A stretch of 63,535 bases of DNA, counting the filler, from Stramenopiles sp. TOSAG23-3 (Eukaryota), in NCBI GenBank assembly GCA_900128585.1. It is 34 parts of 34 records of this genome, joined end to end, with 100 filler letters (N's around TTAATTAATTAA, not from the genome) between each part and the next. Parts side by side here need not be neighbours in the genome. Positions count along the whole stretch, not along the records: positions 1 to 1,785 come from LT645392.1; positions 1,886 to 3,669 come from LT645393.1; positions 3,770 to 5,551 come from LT645394.1; positions 5,652 to 7,432 come from LT645395.1; positions 7,533 to 9,310 come from LT645396.1; positions 9,411 to 11,188 come from LT645397.1; positions 11,289 to 13,065 come from LT645398.1; 27 more parts are not named here. One strand, given 5' to 3'. Within the stretch, counting starts at the first letter, position 1. Each line of letters starts with the position of its first letter. The notes under the pieces are model-generated. The model searched no databases. It was not told the DNA's origin and worked only from the letters and a program-made list of their open reading frames with translations. This document shows, one piece after another, positions 1-11,850 of the stretch. The position numbers and the translations under genes were made by a program.

Positions 1-2
1 CT

Positions 3-1785
3 GTGATTGTGCTGATTGCAGATGGCACAAATTATGTATGTACGGACCAAGGTCAAGATCGAGGTTTTTTGAAACGGCTGGACGTTGATGGGATAATTTC
101 ACCCAGGCGAGACAATGAAGATGCTGCTGGTCCACCAGTTTTTGAATCTTTTTTCCACGGAAAAAATGGAGATGCGACCAAATTTTTGAATATAATCAAA
201 CGGATGACTTCTGGGAAACCTTTTCGCCCGTGGAGACCACGTTTGGGCATTGTTCATTATCGACCAAAATCGACGCCTTGGGGGGCATTTGAAAAAGGCT
301 TTCAAGCCGCATTGAAATTGTTAGAAAGAGACTATGTAATCTCATGGATCAATTTAGATTCTTTCGAAGGAAAGCAATTAGAAGACATAGATTTAGAGAA
401 ATTTAATCGCGACTTTGATGTTATTTTTGTAAAATCCAATTGGCACTGGACTGTTGACAATTTTGTTCGTGGTGCGATGCGACACATCGTTACCCCCAAA
501 GCCCTGCTAATTTCGGGTGTTGCCGACCCCCCAGCAGAATACGAGGAACTAGTATTTTATGACTTGCTATATTACGAAACTAACTGGTATCGTCCAAAAA
601 TAGCGCACCATCCTAAAATCCAAAGGGCGTTTGGTATCGACACTAGTGTAATGCGCCCGATGCCCCAAATGAACAAGACTATTGATAGTCTCTTTGTTGG
701 ATGGTTCGCCAATTATAAACGCCCTTGGCTTTTTGGTTTAGACCAGGAGGTAGCTCATCCGGCATTTGAAGCTCACGCGCAAACGAATTTGGTCGCAATT
801 GGAAAATTGGACGGGACGCCCGAAGCACCAGAGCTTATAGCTTCTTTGCAAGCAAGGGGGGTAAAAGTGATGGGCGAAGTTCCTTATCAAGAACTTGCCG
901 TAATTATGAACCAAGCAAAGCAGGTGCATATTCCTGCGCATGAACACGGGGGGGGCGAGAGGGCAGTCCTTGAAGCACGGGCGTGTGGGACCAAAGTAAA
1001 GATAGAAGAAGATAATGTGAAGCTAAAGGAATTGCTGGAAGGGCCAATCTTGAGCGCTTCGCACTACGCAAAAATGCTGAGAAGTGGGCTTTCGAAGCTT
1101 ATAGCTTTGCCTCGACCCAATGCCCGAATTGAAATAGTCTTGAAAGGAAAAACAAATCGTCCTATTTATACCCCTGGGGAAGTTCTTTATATTATCATCA
1201 AGCTGGCCAACTACAACCCTTGGTTCGATGGGCGTATTTGCTGCAAGATTGTTGACCTCAATAATTTATACAATTACACAGAGGAATGCAGATCGTCGTC
1301 TGGAAAGCCAATGGTGCGACTAACGACTTCAATTGAAGTCCCAAAGGATATTGTAGGGAGAATACGGGTATCTTGCTCTTTGAAGAGTTACGTGTACGAC
1401 GATGGTGAAACTTCCTCAAACTTCATTTTGTTGAACAACACAATGCACAGACCCTCCATTGGAGTGAATACCAACGCAGTGCTACCGAGTCTGTACCTGA
1501 TTAATGACAAACACATCGTTCGGAGTAAAAGTTTCCCCCCACAAGTAGCAGAATACATAAAAAACAGTATACATGAAGGCGGATGCACGGAAGAGATAAC
1601 AATTTCGCGGTCTGTATTGGTAATATATGACAGTCTAGACAAAGGACAAAAACGTGGAATTGAAGCCTTTGTGAAGACCCTTATAGCAGAACTGGAGAAG
1701 GGAAAGGGCTATCGCGCCCACTTTCATGACATTAAGGGTGGCATTTCAAACCCTGAAACAAACCCAAGTATTACAGTGCCCGATG
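3..1785 (+). CDS. GT-B fold (GT4-like) glycosyltransferase-domain protein, partial at both ends
   Basis: Open across the contig; LFVGWFANYKRP, GEVPYQELAVIMNQAK and HEHGGGERAVLEARACG resemble the GT4 donor-binding region with its E-x-E motif. Confidence 0.6.
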
Positions 1786-1885
1786 NNNNNNNNNNNNNNN
1801 NNNNNNNNNNNNNNNNNNNNNNNNNNNNNTTAATTAATTAANNNNNNNNNNNNNNNNNNNNNNNNNNNNNNNNNNNNNNNNNNNN
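1786..1885. other. Artificial 100-nt contig spacer (first of 33)
   Basis: N44-TTAATTAATTAA-N44. Recurs starting at 3670, 5552, 7433, 9311, 11189, 13066, 14943, 16818, 18693, 20567, 22441, 24313, 26185, 28057, 29929, 31800, 33671, 35541, 37411, 39280, 41149, 43017, 44885, 46752, 48618, 50484, 52350, 54215, 56080, 57945, 59810, 61673; contig lengths never increase along the window. Confidence 0.99.
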
Positions 1886-3669
1886 TCGTCCGTCTTGTTG
1901 GAATGTCCGTCGTAAACAGTTTCAACATACTTCCATTTGCCAGTTCCCGAGGTACTGGTGATGCCTGCGCATCTCACAGTAACCCCTCCATAGCTAATGT
2001 TGCCCCAGCCAACTGGGCATGAATTCTGAGAGAGTGGGTCATTGCTGGTGCCGCCCACGAAGCTTTTGGGCGAGAGCATTCGCAGAGGGCGAATATAAGT
2101 TAGCTCCTGCAGCAGTGGGTAGTACTCGTCTTTTGTCGTCACAACAAATTCATAGTCGCCCGTGCAGCTCCACTCCTGTATTTGCTGTGGCAAGCCGTAC
2201 CAACCATGCCAGTCCGCTGTAGTGAGTGGCTTGGCCAGCACATTATCGAAGTTTGCTTTAGCAACGCTGCAGTCCCAGATGGCGCCGTCATGAAACTTTA
2301 CACCTTGGCGCAGAGTGAACGTGTAGTTCTGTCCCCCGCCAGATAATCTCACAACTTTCCAAGAAGTTGCCAAAGATGGTAGAATGGTTCCTTCTGGACC
2401 ATATTCGACCAAGCCTTCGTATATCCAGTTGTTGGCGAAGAACTCATTTGGCCTGTACGAGTGAGGATCAAGACGGCCCACGCCCACGAAAAGACCCGTT
2501 TGACCGCCGGGAGACACCGTTATGTTCCGTGACCCCTGTGCTACTCGAAGTGAATGCATTGGATAGTCAAACTGCTGAAGCCCAGGTTTGAAACTAGACA
2601 ACCGTGAATTGATCACGGCAGGGATGCGTTTGCCCGAAAAGGGCAATTCTGTTGCGGATTCGTGCAGGACGAGCAAAATCTCTTTCCATTTTGTTTCCCT
2701 CTCTTTCTCATCTTCCTCTTTCAGAACGAGGTTCACTTTCTTCTGCAGTTTATCATACGTGACTGGCTCAGGCAGGCCCCGGAGGGCTGCGTGGTAGGCC
2801 TCATTTGGCGATGCCCATGACTTTGCGTATGAATGTGGATCATATGGGGGGCCCCAACTTTCCGAAAAACACATGTGAAAGTCGCCAGTCTGCATTGCCA
2901 TGTTAAACGCAGTTTTGTTGAGGGCACGCGGCCTCACATTGATCCCAATTTTTGCTAGATCAGATCGAATATCATCCTCGATAGCTCTGATGGTGGCATC
3001 GTCTTCTAGCATTATGAAATCAATGTCCAGCTGTTCGCATTTAGCACCTACCTTGTGCAAGTCATCACGGACAACAAAGTAGTCAGATCCCCAAGGCTCA
3101 TACTCAGACATGCGATCACTTAGCCCAACATGCCAGGCTGGGGTAATCAAGTTGCTCACTGGTACCTCGGCGAGTATCGCCGCCTGGGCTTCCTTTGCAG
3201 CCATTACGCGAGCAGCATGTTGTTCTGCGATAGAGAGAGAATCCAAGAGGCTGTCAACCGTGGCAGACTGAAGACCCGCGTGGTTGCTGCCTCCGACACT
3301 TCGAAAGAAAGAGTTGAGGAACCACAGTGGGTCACCAGCTGGAAGCGTATTTTGAGCCCACATCAAAAGATCAAAGTTCTTGTCAGCTATGATTTGGTCG
3401 AGCTGGTCCCAGCTGTCACCACTTGTCGTGACTGATGTAACATTAATACCTAGAGCCTCCAGCTGCGCCTTGATTACTGGCTGCATGATCACGAGCCCAG
3501 GGCGCTGAGGATAGGCGACAAGCTTTACGGTCAGCGCTTTTCCATTCTTCATGCGTATGCCGTTCGATAGCGTCCATCCTGCCTCCTCCAGCAGTGCTGC
3601 TGCCCCGCTCAAATTTGCAACAGGGCTTGAGGTGTCGGAGAAGTAGGGTGTGTAGTCCGGGAAGAGACT
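1886..3669 (-). CDS. Tandem family-5 solute-binding (NikA/CntA-like) metal-complex binding protein, partial at both ends
   Basis: Frame open to both contig ends; NikA-like motifs ESWGPPYDPH, LDPHSYRPNEFFANNWIYEGLV, YTFTLRQGVKFHDG, YYPLLQELTYIRPLR, GTGKW. Confidence 0.88.
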
Positions 3670-4153
3670 NNNNNNNNNNNNNNNNNNNNNNNNNNNNNNN
3701 NNNNNNNNNNNNNTTAATTAATTAANNNNNNNNNNNNNNNNNNNNNNNNNNNNNNNNNNNNNNNNNNNNCCGTACTTCCGATATTCCCACCTGTACTGTG
3801 TGTTGTTGTGTTGTTATTGTTACCAACAAAAGTCGTCGTTGTACTTTTTTTCTTTTTTTTTCTTCTTCTTCTTACTACTTGGTACCAGTTGGTATATTAT
3901 TCCAACTGAACTTCTTGTCGTAGGTAATCAGGCCGGGATATATGGATACAGTGTCTTCTACCGGGTACCGGTACGTGCAACGAGCAGGAAAGAAGCGATT
4001 TATTAAGCGCAGGTCGAAAGATAGAACGACCTAGACACTCCTGTTCAAGACGCTCCTTGGTGCGTTCCTGCTCTAGGCACTCTTCTTCCAGACGCTCCTC
4101 TTCGGCAAGGCGTTCCTACCGATACCCCCCCCACTCACACACGCTGAAAGGAA

Positions 4154-5551
4154 ATGGGGGAAGCTGTACCAAGGAAAGGAACCCTGAAACGCTTTGTGTT
4201 GACAAAAGATGACCTTCTTCGGCGGTACCGCGAAGATATGGAAGAAGCTCGTAAAGAGCATTTTGTAGGTCCAATAGCGCGAGCTATGTACACCTTTGAA
4301 AGAGTCATGGTCATAGTTTCGACAATATTAACCTTGTGTACGTTGTGCATGATGCTGTACAATTACATTCTGGCAGACGTTCTCGAACTGCGTTCAGCTA
4401 CCCGCGAAGACTGGAGCGCCCCAGGGCTTGATAGAGTCGAGGCCGACGCTGAGACTGGGGGGGATTGGGCGTGGGGTCTTAACAACACAAATTTGCAAAT
4501 GCTTGATAACGGAGAAGTGTTTGACCTAGTTACCACAAAGTTCCAAATAAACTACAGCGCGTTTGATTTTGCAAAAACTTGTGACTTTATTGGCGCTGTA
4601 AACAAAGCCCAGTTTGAGCATTTCCATCCCGGAGGCTGGTTTGATTTTTTGTACTTGCGACCGGTTGCAACTTACGTGGATCCAGTAATGGCTGGCAGCA
4701 TGAATGTTTCTGCATTGAGGGGGAAATTGGTCATATGCTTTCACATCCAAGCCACCGCCAAAGAAAGTTACCATGGTTACGGTGAAGAAGTTGTGATTGC
4801 TTTCATCTTCGTAATGGGCTTCATGATTTCAATCATTGAATTGGCGGACTATTTTGCGCCTTTAGAGCACCCGCTTCACAATTTTCAATCAATCATTAAA
4901 AGGCAGAGTCGTGAGGCGTGCGACGGCTGCTGTTTGCGCCCTTGCTGCCGCTGCTGTTGCTGCTGCTGGCTAGCAAAGCAGAGAAAAACACTTTTATACA
5001 CATCTGAGGAAAGTAAAAAAAATGAAAAACCGATCGACTTTACTACCAATATGCAGAATTGGGCCAAATGGGGCTTCTGTAAACGATGGTATCATATACA
5101 CTTTTCAAAGTTGTTGACGCTCTATGAAAGCCCGGTGCTATTACCAGAAAAGGGTGTTGCGGCGGATGAGATACCGTGCCGTCACTGCAAGTGTAAACAT
5201 AGCTTGTCAGAAATTCAAGAGGTCCACGTCAAGAATTTGGATTTAGAATGCCCAGACGACACGTCCGTCCTAAAGCTGTCCCTGCACTGTAGCCCTGGTG
5301 CAAAGGTGCTGCACCTAGCGGGCGCAAAGGATAGGGCGGGAATCAATGCATTCCAAATTTCGCTTGTTCTGGAGCAACGAAACGATATCGCCAGAAGAGA
5401 AGAACTTTACTCCTCGTTCCTCTTATACGTAATGATCACAGTCGTTTTCAACGTGGTAGTGTCTTCGGTTACAAAGCCAAAGATGGATTTGCTAGGTAAC
5501 GAAGACGTTATGACCACTGACTACGAGGGCCAGGGGCTTTGGACAACGACC
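4154..5551 (+). CDS. Multi-pass membrane protein of unknown function with Cys-rich cluster, 3' partial
   Basis: Long ATG ORF, three hydrophobic segments, CDGCCLRPCCRCCCCCW cluster. Confidence 0.65.
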
Positions 5552-5651
5552 NNNNNNNNNNNNNNNNNNNNNNNNNNNNNNNNNNNNNNNNNNNNTTAAT
5601 TAATTAANNNNNNNNNNNNNNNNNNNNNNNNNNNNNNNNNNNNNNNNNNNN

Positions 5652-6614
5652 CAAGCGAGCGTTCCCAAAACCCCAGGTCTGCCTTCCATTGAGGTTGAGG
5701 AAGAGTTTGCCTCGGAAGAAAAAAACGGTGCTTTGACCCCGGCTGAAGGTGTAAGGACGACACCGGGAAGATCGTTTTCACCATCGCCGTCATCGTCCTC
5801 GTCATCAGACTCAGACTCCTCCTCGTCTTCGTCAGACTCTGGGTCTTCGTCAGACTCTGGGGCTTCGTCAGACTCTGAGTCTTCGTCCTCCTCCTCCTCG
5901 TCCTCCTCCTCCTCTTCGAGCAGCAGCAGCAGCAGCGAAGAGGACGGCGGAGACGAGGAATATCGCGCCGTGCCGTTACAAGGCCCTCGCCTTCCTCTGT
6001 CCCAGAACTTACCGGGGTCCCCCTCTGACGTCGCCTACCTTCGGCGCTGCGATTCCTTAACGGAGTATGTGACATATTTAGAAGCCAAGTACAATACAAC
6101 TTTTACAGAAGAGCAATGGGACAAAGTGCGAGTTTCTGACAAATTTAGTGGGATGAAATTTCGGGTGAAAGAAAAGAAGCGGGCGAAATCTCGGAGGCGA
6201 AGAGAACCTAACTTTCCAATGCTGACGCCCGTAAAGCCAAGGAAGACCCCGTCGAAGAATATTTCCAATGTTGCAGAACACATGCCCTCGGTAGAGTACG
6301 TTTCCAAACGCGACGGGGAAGCGACGCAGGAAGACGAAGAGATGCGCGCACTGATAAGGGCCAGGGTGGCCGCAGACGTGGAACAAGCAAAGCGGGAGAA
6401 TGAAGCGAAACGGGAAAGCGAAGAGAAAAAGACTAGTTTGAGAAAACGTTTGAAGGCTGTGAATGACCAGATTGAAGAAGAGCGGTTGCGTCGAATCCAT
6501 GATGTGGAAAGAGAAGTTGACAAGCAGCGCGGTGCGCGCAGAATGAGCCTCAATTTTATCAACGACTTAATCCAGAAGGACCCGCAGTTTATCGCAAAGA
6601 CCTGGGGCTACTAG
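5652..6614 (+). CDS. Ser-rich / coiled-coil hypothetical protein, 5' partial
   Basis: Frame open from the contig start; poly-Ser/Asp tract then charged helical C-terminus; followed by AT-rich intergenic DNA. Confidence 0.65.
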   Translation, partial: QASVPKTPGLPSIEVEEEFASEEKNGALTPAEGVRTTPGRSFSPSPSSSSSSDSDSSSSSSDSGSSSDSGASSDSESSSSSSSSSSSSSSSSSSSEEDGGDEEYRAVPLQGPRLPLSQNLPGSPSDVAYLRRCDSLTEYVTYLEAKYNTTFTEEQWDKVRVSDKFSGMKFRVKEKKRAKSRRRREPNFPMLTPVKPRKTPSKNISNVAEHMPSVEYVSKRDGEATQEDEEMRALIRARVAADVEQAKRENEAKRESEEKKTSLRKRLKAVNDQIEEERLRRIHDVEREVDKQRGARRMSLNFINDLIQKDPQFIAKTWGY

Positions 6615-7048
6615 AAAAATGGCTCCTCGAGAAGAATGTTGAATTTCGGTCGTCCGGTTTTTCCTTTATTAAGGTTTATTACTATATATGTAATTTATTC
6701 GCATTTATTATATAAAATAAAGCGATATTGATTAGAGATATTATTATTACCTCGTGCATATAAATATAATATATCCCTTAAACTATGATACAGAAACTAA
6801 ATATAAACCACAAAATGACCACCCGAGACGAAAACAAACAACCAATAATAAAAAGAGGAGAAAAGAAGAGGAGGAGGAATAATAGAGAGTTTTTTGAATG
6901 ACAGCTACAGAAACACAAGCATGTATTGGTATTTCACTACCAGAATTCTTTTCTCACGGAAACGTGTCATGCCTTTTAAAAGTCAAAGCCATACTCGTTT
7001 ATTTTTTACTATCCGCCTGACTTGGGTGTATCTATTTTCTTTTACATA

Positions 7049-7432
7049 ATGTCGTCTCTTGCAACAGAAACCGTGACATCTCCGCCAATCGTTGCCCGAG
7101 TGCTGTCTCCACAGGCGGCGCCAATTGTAACGGCAGCTGGAGTGCCAATGGCTGCTGTGGTTGCCCCCATTGTTGCACAGATTGCTAATAGCAATGAGAG
7201 CGTTAAGAAAAAATTCTACCCTGCAGTTGCCTTGGTAAGGTCGCAAAGATGCAACGCAGAAACGACGAACAAGGAGGTGGAAAATTTGCGTAAAAAAAAA
7301 AGAGGGTCCAAATCGTCCCTGGATAGTTTGAATTTAGAGTTAGAAGCAATGTCGAAAGAGGCCAAATCGAACTTGGGATCCCACCAAGAGTACATTTTAT
7401 CGGTGGAATGCGACCCGGGACTTAGAACTGGT
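7049..7432 (+). CDS. Hypothetical protein N-terminus, 3' partial
   Basis: ATG after AT-rich region (MSSLATET...), open to the contig end. Confidence 0.4.
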
Positions 7433-7661
7433 NNNNNNNNNNNNNNNNNNNNNNNNNNNNNNNNNNNNNNNNNNNNTTAATTAATTAANNNNNNNNNNNN
7501 NNNNNNNNNNNNNNNNNNNNNNNNNNNNNNNNTGTGTTAATAATAATATTACGAGTAAAATTATTACTGTTATTTAAAAGTAGTTCTTCTGAAGTTTACC
7601 CTAATTTTTTGCTACGGGGGGAGCAGCATCTTCACGCCAGCGCATGTATTGCCTGTGTTAA

Positions 7662-9155
7662 TTAAAGACCCCATGCAGCTCCAATCATGTTTGCGAAATA
7701 ATCATCGTCCTCAATGCCCGCACTAATCTCGGAGTAGTATTGTGTAAATTCACTCCGTGTGACAACGCCATCTTTGTTTTGTGTGTCCCACAGTGACATA
7801 AATCCCTCAAGGACTTCTTTTTCGGTCTTTCGCCCCGACACAACGTCGGGGTGGCCCTTCGCGTCATACCGGTTCTGAACGTCCTCGATAGTAACCTGGC
7901 CGTCCTTAGTGTTGTCCAACTTATCAAACGCGGCGTTAATCAAACTTTTGCGGTAATCGTTGGGAGGGTCTGCAATTGTGACGAGGAATTCATCGAAGCT
8001 AATTACGCCGTCGCCGTTCCTGTCAAACTGGTCCATGACGAGGCCGAATTCCTCGTCGGTTAGGGCGATTCCAAAGTCTTGGAGACCGTATCTGAATTCT
8101 TCTCTGTCTAAAAGCCCATTGCCTCGATCGTCAATGATTCGGAACAATCGTCCAAGTGCACGGATACCGGTGTTTCCTCGCTCACGAATCAGGGATTTGA
8201 TTTTTGTCAAAATCCCATCCTTCGTCATTTGGACAAAAGACCTGGTGTCTTCGGCTTCCTCAGGTCGCTCCGCTGTTCTAAAAACCCAGCGGTTTTGTGG
8301 CAGTTCTGCTCGCTGGCGTACGTCAGGGGTGCAGATACCTTTCGATTCGTGAATCATCGTCAATGCCTTTCCCCTGGCAAGGTACTGGTGGCACGCGACT
8401 TCGTACTCTCCACCGAAATCAGTACCCATCGGGAACGCCTTGTCGGCCGCCAGCGGCGCCCGCGTGGCGTTGTGCGTCAATATAATTTCTGCGCCTGCAA
8501 GCACTGGGCCTCCTTCAGGCTGGTACTGGCGTGTGGCGACTTTCTGGGCAGTCCAGGTGTAATCGTAGTGCATTTTTCCACCTTCCATGACAACTTCTTG
8601 GTGGTTAGACATTTTCGCGAAACGGTTCGTCGTCACTATGCGGGAGGCCAGGAAGATAGGAGGGCGAAGCAACCCTGTGCCTTCATCGATGCGCAAAGAA
8701 GGGTTGCACGCCAACAGGAATGGTTGCCCATAACGCAGGCAGTCGTCCGGGTAATTATACTTCGGCCACTTGACGAGGACGAAAGTTGATCTGGCGGTTG
8801 GGCCTTTGCCTGATGTGCTGGTCGATGGGGCGGCCGATACACTGTACGTTTCGCTTATTGGTTGAGTACGGTCGAATATGTTATTTGCCAAGTAAGCTTG
8901 CGTGTTTACGTTTCCTAACATTACCGTGTCACCAAATTTCAAAACTCCATCGGCGCTGAACGTGTGTGGAACAGTGGACATCACCAAAAGGTCGCGCTTT
9001 CGCTCTTTAAGGGACAACAAGTTCCCAGTCTTCTTTCGTGCAAGAAAGTCTTGGAGCATGATTTCTTCCAACGACTTTTCTTCGCTCCAGTTACCAATTT
9101 TGGTTTTGCAGCCATAGCTACCGCCTCCAGCAAGTTGTTGGGGAGTAAATTGCAT
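7662..9155 (-). CDS. CFAP161-like domain plus calcyphosin-like EF-hand protein (ciliary)
   Basis: Complete 497 aa; N-terminal KIGNWSEE and FGDTVML (CFAP161-like); EF loops DDRGNGLLDREE, DRNGDGVISFDE, DNTKDGQVTIED, NKDGVVTRSE; calcyphosin-like HPDVVSGRKTEKEVL and DDDYF..MI..AW. Confidence 0.8.
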   Translation of the reverse strand: MQFTPQQLAGGGSYGCKTKIGNWSEEKSLEEIMLQDFLARKKTGNLLSLKERKRDLLVMSTVPHTFSADGVLKFGDTVMLGNVNTQAYLANNIFDRTQPISETYSVSAAPSTSTSGKGPTARSTFVLVKWPKYNYPDDCLRYGQPFLLACNPSLRIDEGTGLLRPPIFLASRIVTTNRFAKMSNHQEVVMEGGKMHYDYTWTAQKVATRQYQPEGGPVLAGAEIILTHNATRAPLAADKAFPMGTDFGGEYEVACHQYLARGKALTMIHESKGICTPDVRQRAELPQNRWVFRTAERPEEAEDTRSFVQMTKDGILTKIKSLIRERGNTGIRALGRLFRIIDDRGNGLLDREEFRYGLQDFGIALTDEEFGLVMDQFDRNGDGVISFDEFLVTIADPPNDYRKSLINAAFDKLDNTKDGQVTIEDVQNRYDAKGHPDVVSGRKTEKEVLEGFMSLWDTQNKDGVVTRSEFTQYYSEISAGIEDDDYFANMIGAAWGL

Positions 9156-9410
9156 TTTAAAGGGAAGTTTTTATTAGAATCAAGAATTCGCAGTACAACA
9201 AATAGTTATCAAAGCAATGCTCTTACAATTTCACTCACCTAAATTTGTCTATCTATCTCACTACTTATTCCGAAGAATTGAAACAAAAGATGGTCGCAGG
9301 CTCGAAATGANNNNNNNNNNNNNNNNNNNNNNNNNNNNNNNNNNNNNNNNNNNNTTAATTAATTAANNNNNNNNNNNNNNNNNNNNNNNNNNNNNNNNNN
9401 NNNNNNNNNN

Positions 9411-10705
9411 TCCATCTCCCCAAGCAGCTCGGCTACGTCATCTTCCTCATTATCCCCGGTATCGCCTGACTTTGCGCACGCTACTTTCCAGACCTTTTCG
9501 ATTCTGTCGCAAAATTGAACAAGGGCGCCGACCAAAGCCTCCAGCTTGGCATCGCGTTGGTCTTCGCTGATTTTGAGCTCATCGGCGAACGACGATTTCC
9601 CTTCAAATATTTCGCATTGGGCACGCCAGAACAATGCCGCTTCGGGGGATAAGTCTGCCTGGTACACTTCATACTCACGAGTTCTATCCCGGCCGATCTG
9701 GTCCATCAAGCCGTCTTTTTCTGTAAAAGCCGCGATGATCAAGGATTGGGCAACACCCAAGGCAAGGCCCTCACAAATTTCCGACGACTGAACGTCCAAG
9801 GCTTGCAACAGCTTTTCTGGGTCGTGGCTTTTCTGCTTAAACCAAGACTTCGTGATCATTTTTCTGCAAGCTTTTTGTACAACGGGGCTTCTGTCGCTCA
9901 TACCTGCCGTCAATATTTCCATGCGTTGGTCCAGGGTCAGGTGGTTTATTGAAACGCAATCGTTCAAGACTGAAAAGGCCTGCACTCGAACTTTCTCCTG
10001 TTTGTCGCGGAGGGACCGTAGCACGTCCACAAGCGTAACCCGGCTGATCCCGACATTGTTCAAGGCCGCCAAGCGCACCTGCGCTGATGAGTCGCACCTC
10101 ATCAAAAATTGAAACTCTTGGGTTGCTTTGTCTTTGGTATCACCGGGCTCATGAAGCCTCTTCAAGGAGGTAATAGCAAACACCCGGGCCTGAACACTGG
10201 TGTCCTTTGTCCTCTCCAACATAGCGGCAACAATAGGATCCCATAGCTCCTCGATGTCGGCATCTTCGGGGAGACCGTTGACGATGTTGGCTACCATTTG
10301 GCACGTGCGAAAGCGCACTGCTGGTGAGTTTGCCTTCGACAGCGACAGCAAGTGGGATACAAATGCGGACGCAAAAGGGACGGGTCTGCCCGTTTCTGGT
10401 ACAGGTGCTGCTTCTTGGCCTTCCGTGACCACAGGCTTGTCCCAGGCCAGCACGGCGGCACACACAAACGCAATGCAACGCTCGACATTTGCAGAGCGTT
10501 CACCTACTTTCATTAAAGGGTAGGTATGCTGCAAGAATGCTGTGCAAAAATCCGTAGCCAAGAAATTCTCGGCAGAAAATTCGCTACCTTCGACAGCGGC
10601 CTGCTGCATCTTGAGCGAGTCTGCAACGCATTGCTTTCTCCACGCTACGGACGTTTGCGCACGCTGAAATGTGGCCGCAAGGGCGACGAAAGAGGGGCTG
10701 TTCAT
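9411..10705 (-). CDS. NCAPG: Condensin complex subunit 3 (CAP-G/Ycg1), 3' partial
   Basis: HEAT-repeat N-terminus with FQRAQTS, AVRFRTCQMV, DSSAQVRLAAL, LRDKQEKVR, LSPEAALFWR. Confidence 0.85.
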
Positions 10706-11288
10706 TTTACTTATAACAATGGAAAAAAAAGAGTCTTCAACCTTTTATATCGTTAAATTGTTTATTTCTTCCGTAATAATTGTTGTTATTAATAATAATT
10801 GTTGCCCCCTTTCCCCTTCATGTTTGCGTAAAGGGTGGAAGGAAGGAAAGAAAGAAAGAAAGTTCAAAAAATGAAGAAAAGAAAACGCAAACAAAAAGAA
10901 GAAGAAGAGAGATATTTTATCAATAATTAGCAGGGCAATAACATGAAGAAAAAGAAAAGACAATTTCGACCGTCTCTCCTCCTCGCTCACCACTTCTTCT
11001 TTATTTTACTTTTTATTTAATGAAAATAAACGTTAGGAGGATTATTAGTTCTATTATAATACATCAAATAGCATAGAAAAAAATCTAAAAAAATAATGCA
11101 GAACCCATTTTTTAATGTGTGAATTTAATAGGAAGATAGCATTATTATCATTATATCCACCGTTATTTTTTTTAATTCAATGCTGTGCNNNNNNNNNNNN
11201 NNNNNNNNNNNNNNNNNNNNNNNNNNNNNNNNTTAATTAATTAANNNNNNNNNNNNNNNNNNNNNNNNNNNNNNNNNNNNNNNNNNNN

Positions 11289-11570
11289 ACAATCCCCGAT
11301 TCAGTAGCAAATTTACAACATCTTCGAAACCTATACTTGTTTGGAAATCCACTTTGCCCTCGATACAACTTTCCTGGACCGTCGAGGAAACTAACAGGAT
11401 TGTGCGAGAAACAATGCGCGGATGGCTGTAGAGCCCACGGATTGGGGAACGGGTTCTGCCATCTACGTTACAAGATTTACAAACAAACAAGCCGCGATGA
11501 GTCTAATAAAATGTACACAGGGTGTAATGTAGACTCTTGCGACATGGACAATGGTGACTGCAATTACTAG
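11289..11570 (+). CDS. C-terminus of an LRR protein ending in an LNR/Notch-like Cys module, 5' partial
   Basis: Read from the contig start: TIPDSVANLQHLRNLYLFGNPLC (LRR plus cap), then CADGC..GNGFC...CNVDSCDMDNGDC. Confidence 0.7.
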   Translation, partial: TIPDSVANLQHLRNLYLFGNPLCPRYNFPGPSRKLTGLCEKQCADGCRAHGLGNGFCHLRYKIYKQTSRDESNKMYTGCNVDSCDMDNGDCNY

Positions 11571-11850
11571 AGGATTGCTTGGGGAACAATTTAATCTTTT
11601 ACGAGTATTTCACTTGCATATAACATTAATTAACTTCGGAGCAGAGATAAGTTTGCAGTACATGAAGGAACGTAAACCTTTAATGGACTCAGGGAGCAGA
11701 TTCACATTCGCGGTACATGAAGAAGATGAATTTTAATTACTTAAATAACAGCCAGTAATATTTTGTTTTTTAAAGTATTTCGTACGTAAATAAATTTAAT
11801 CCAGGGGGGGCGTTAAGTCTTATAATTTCCGTTTTCGTGGTTGGGGAACA

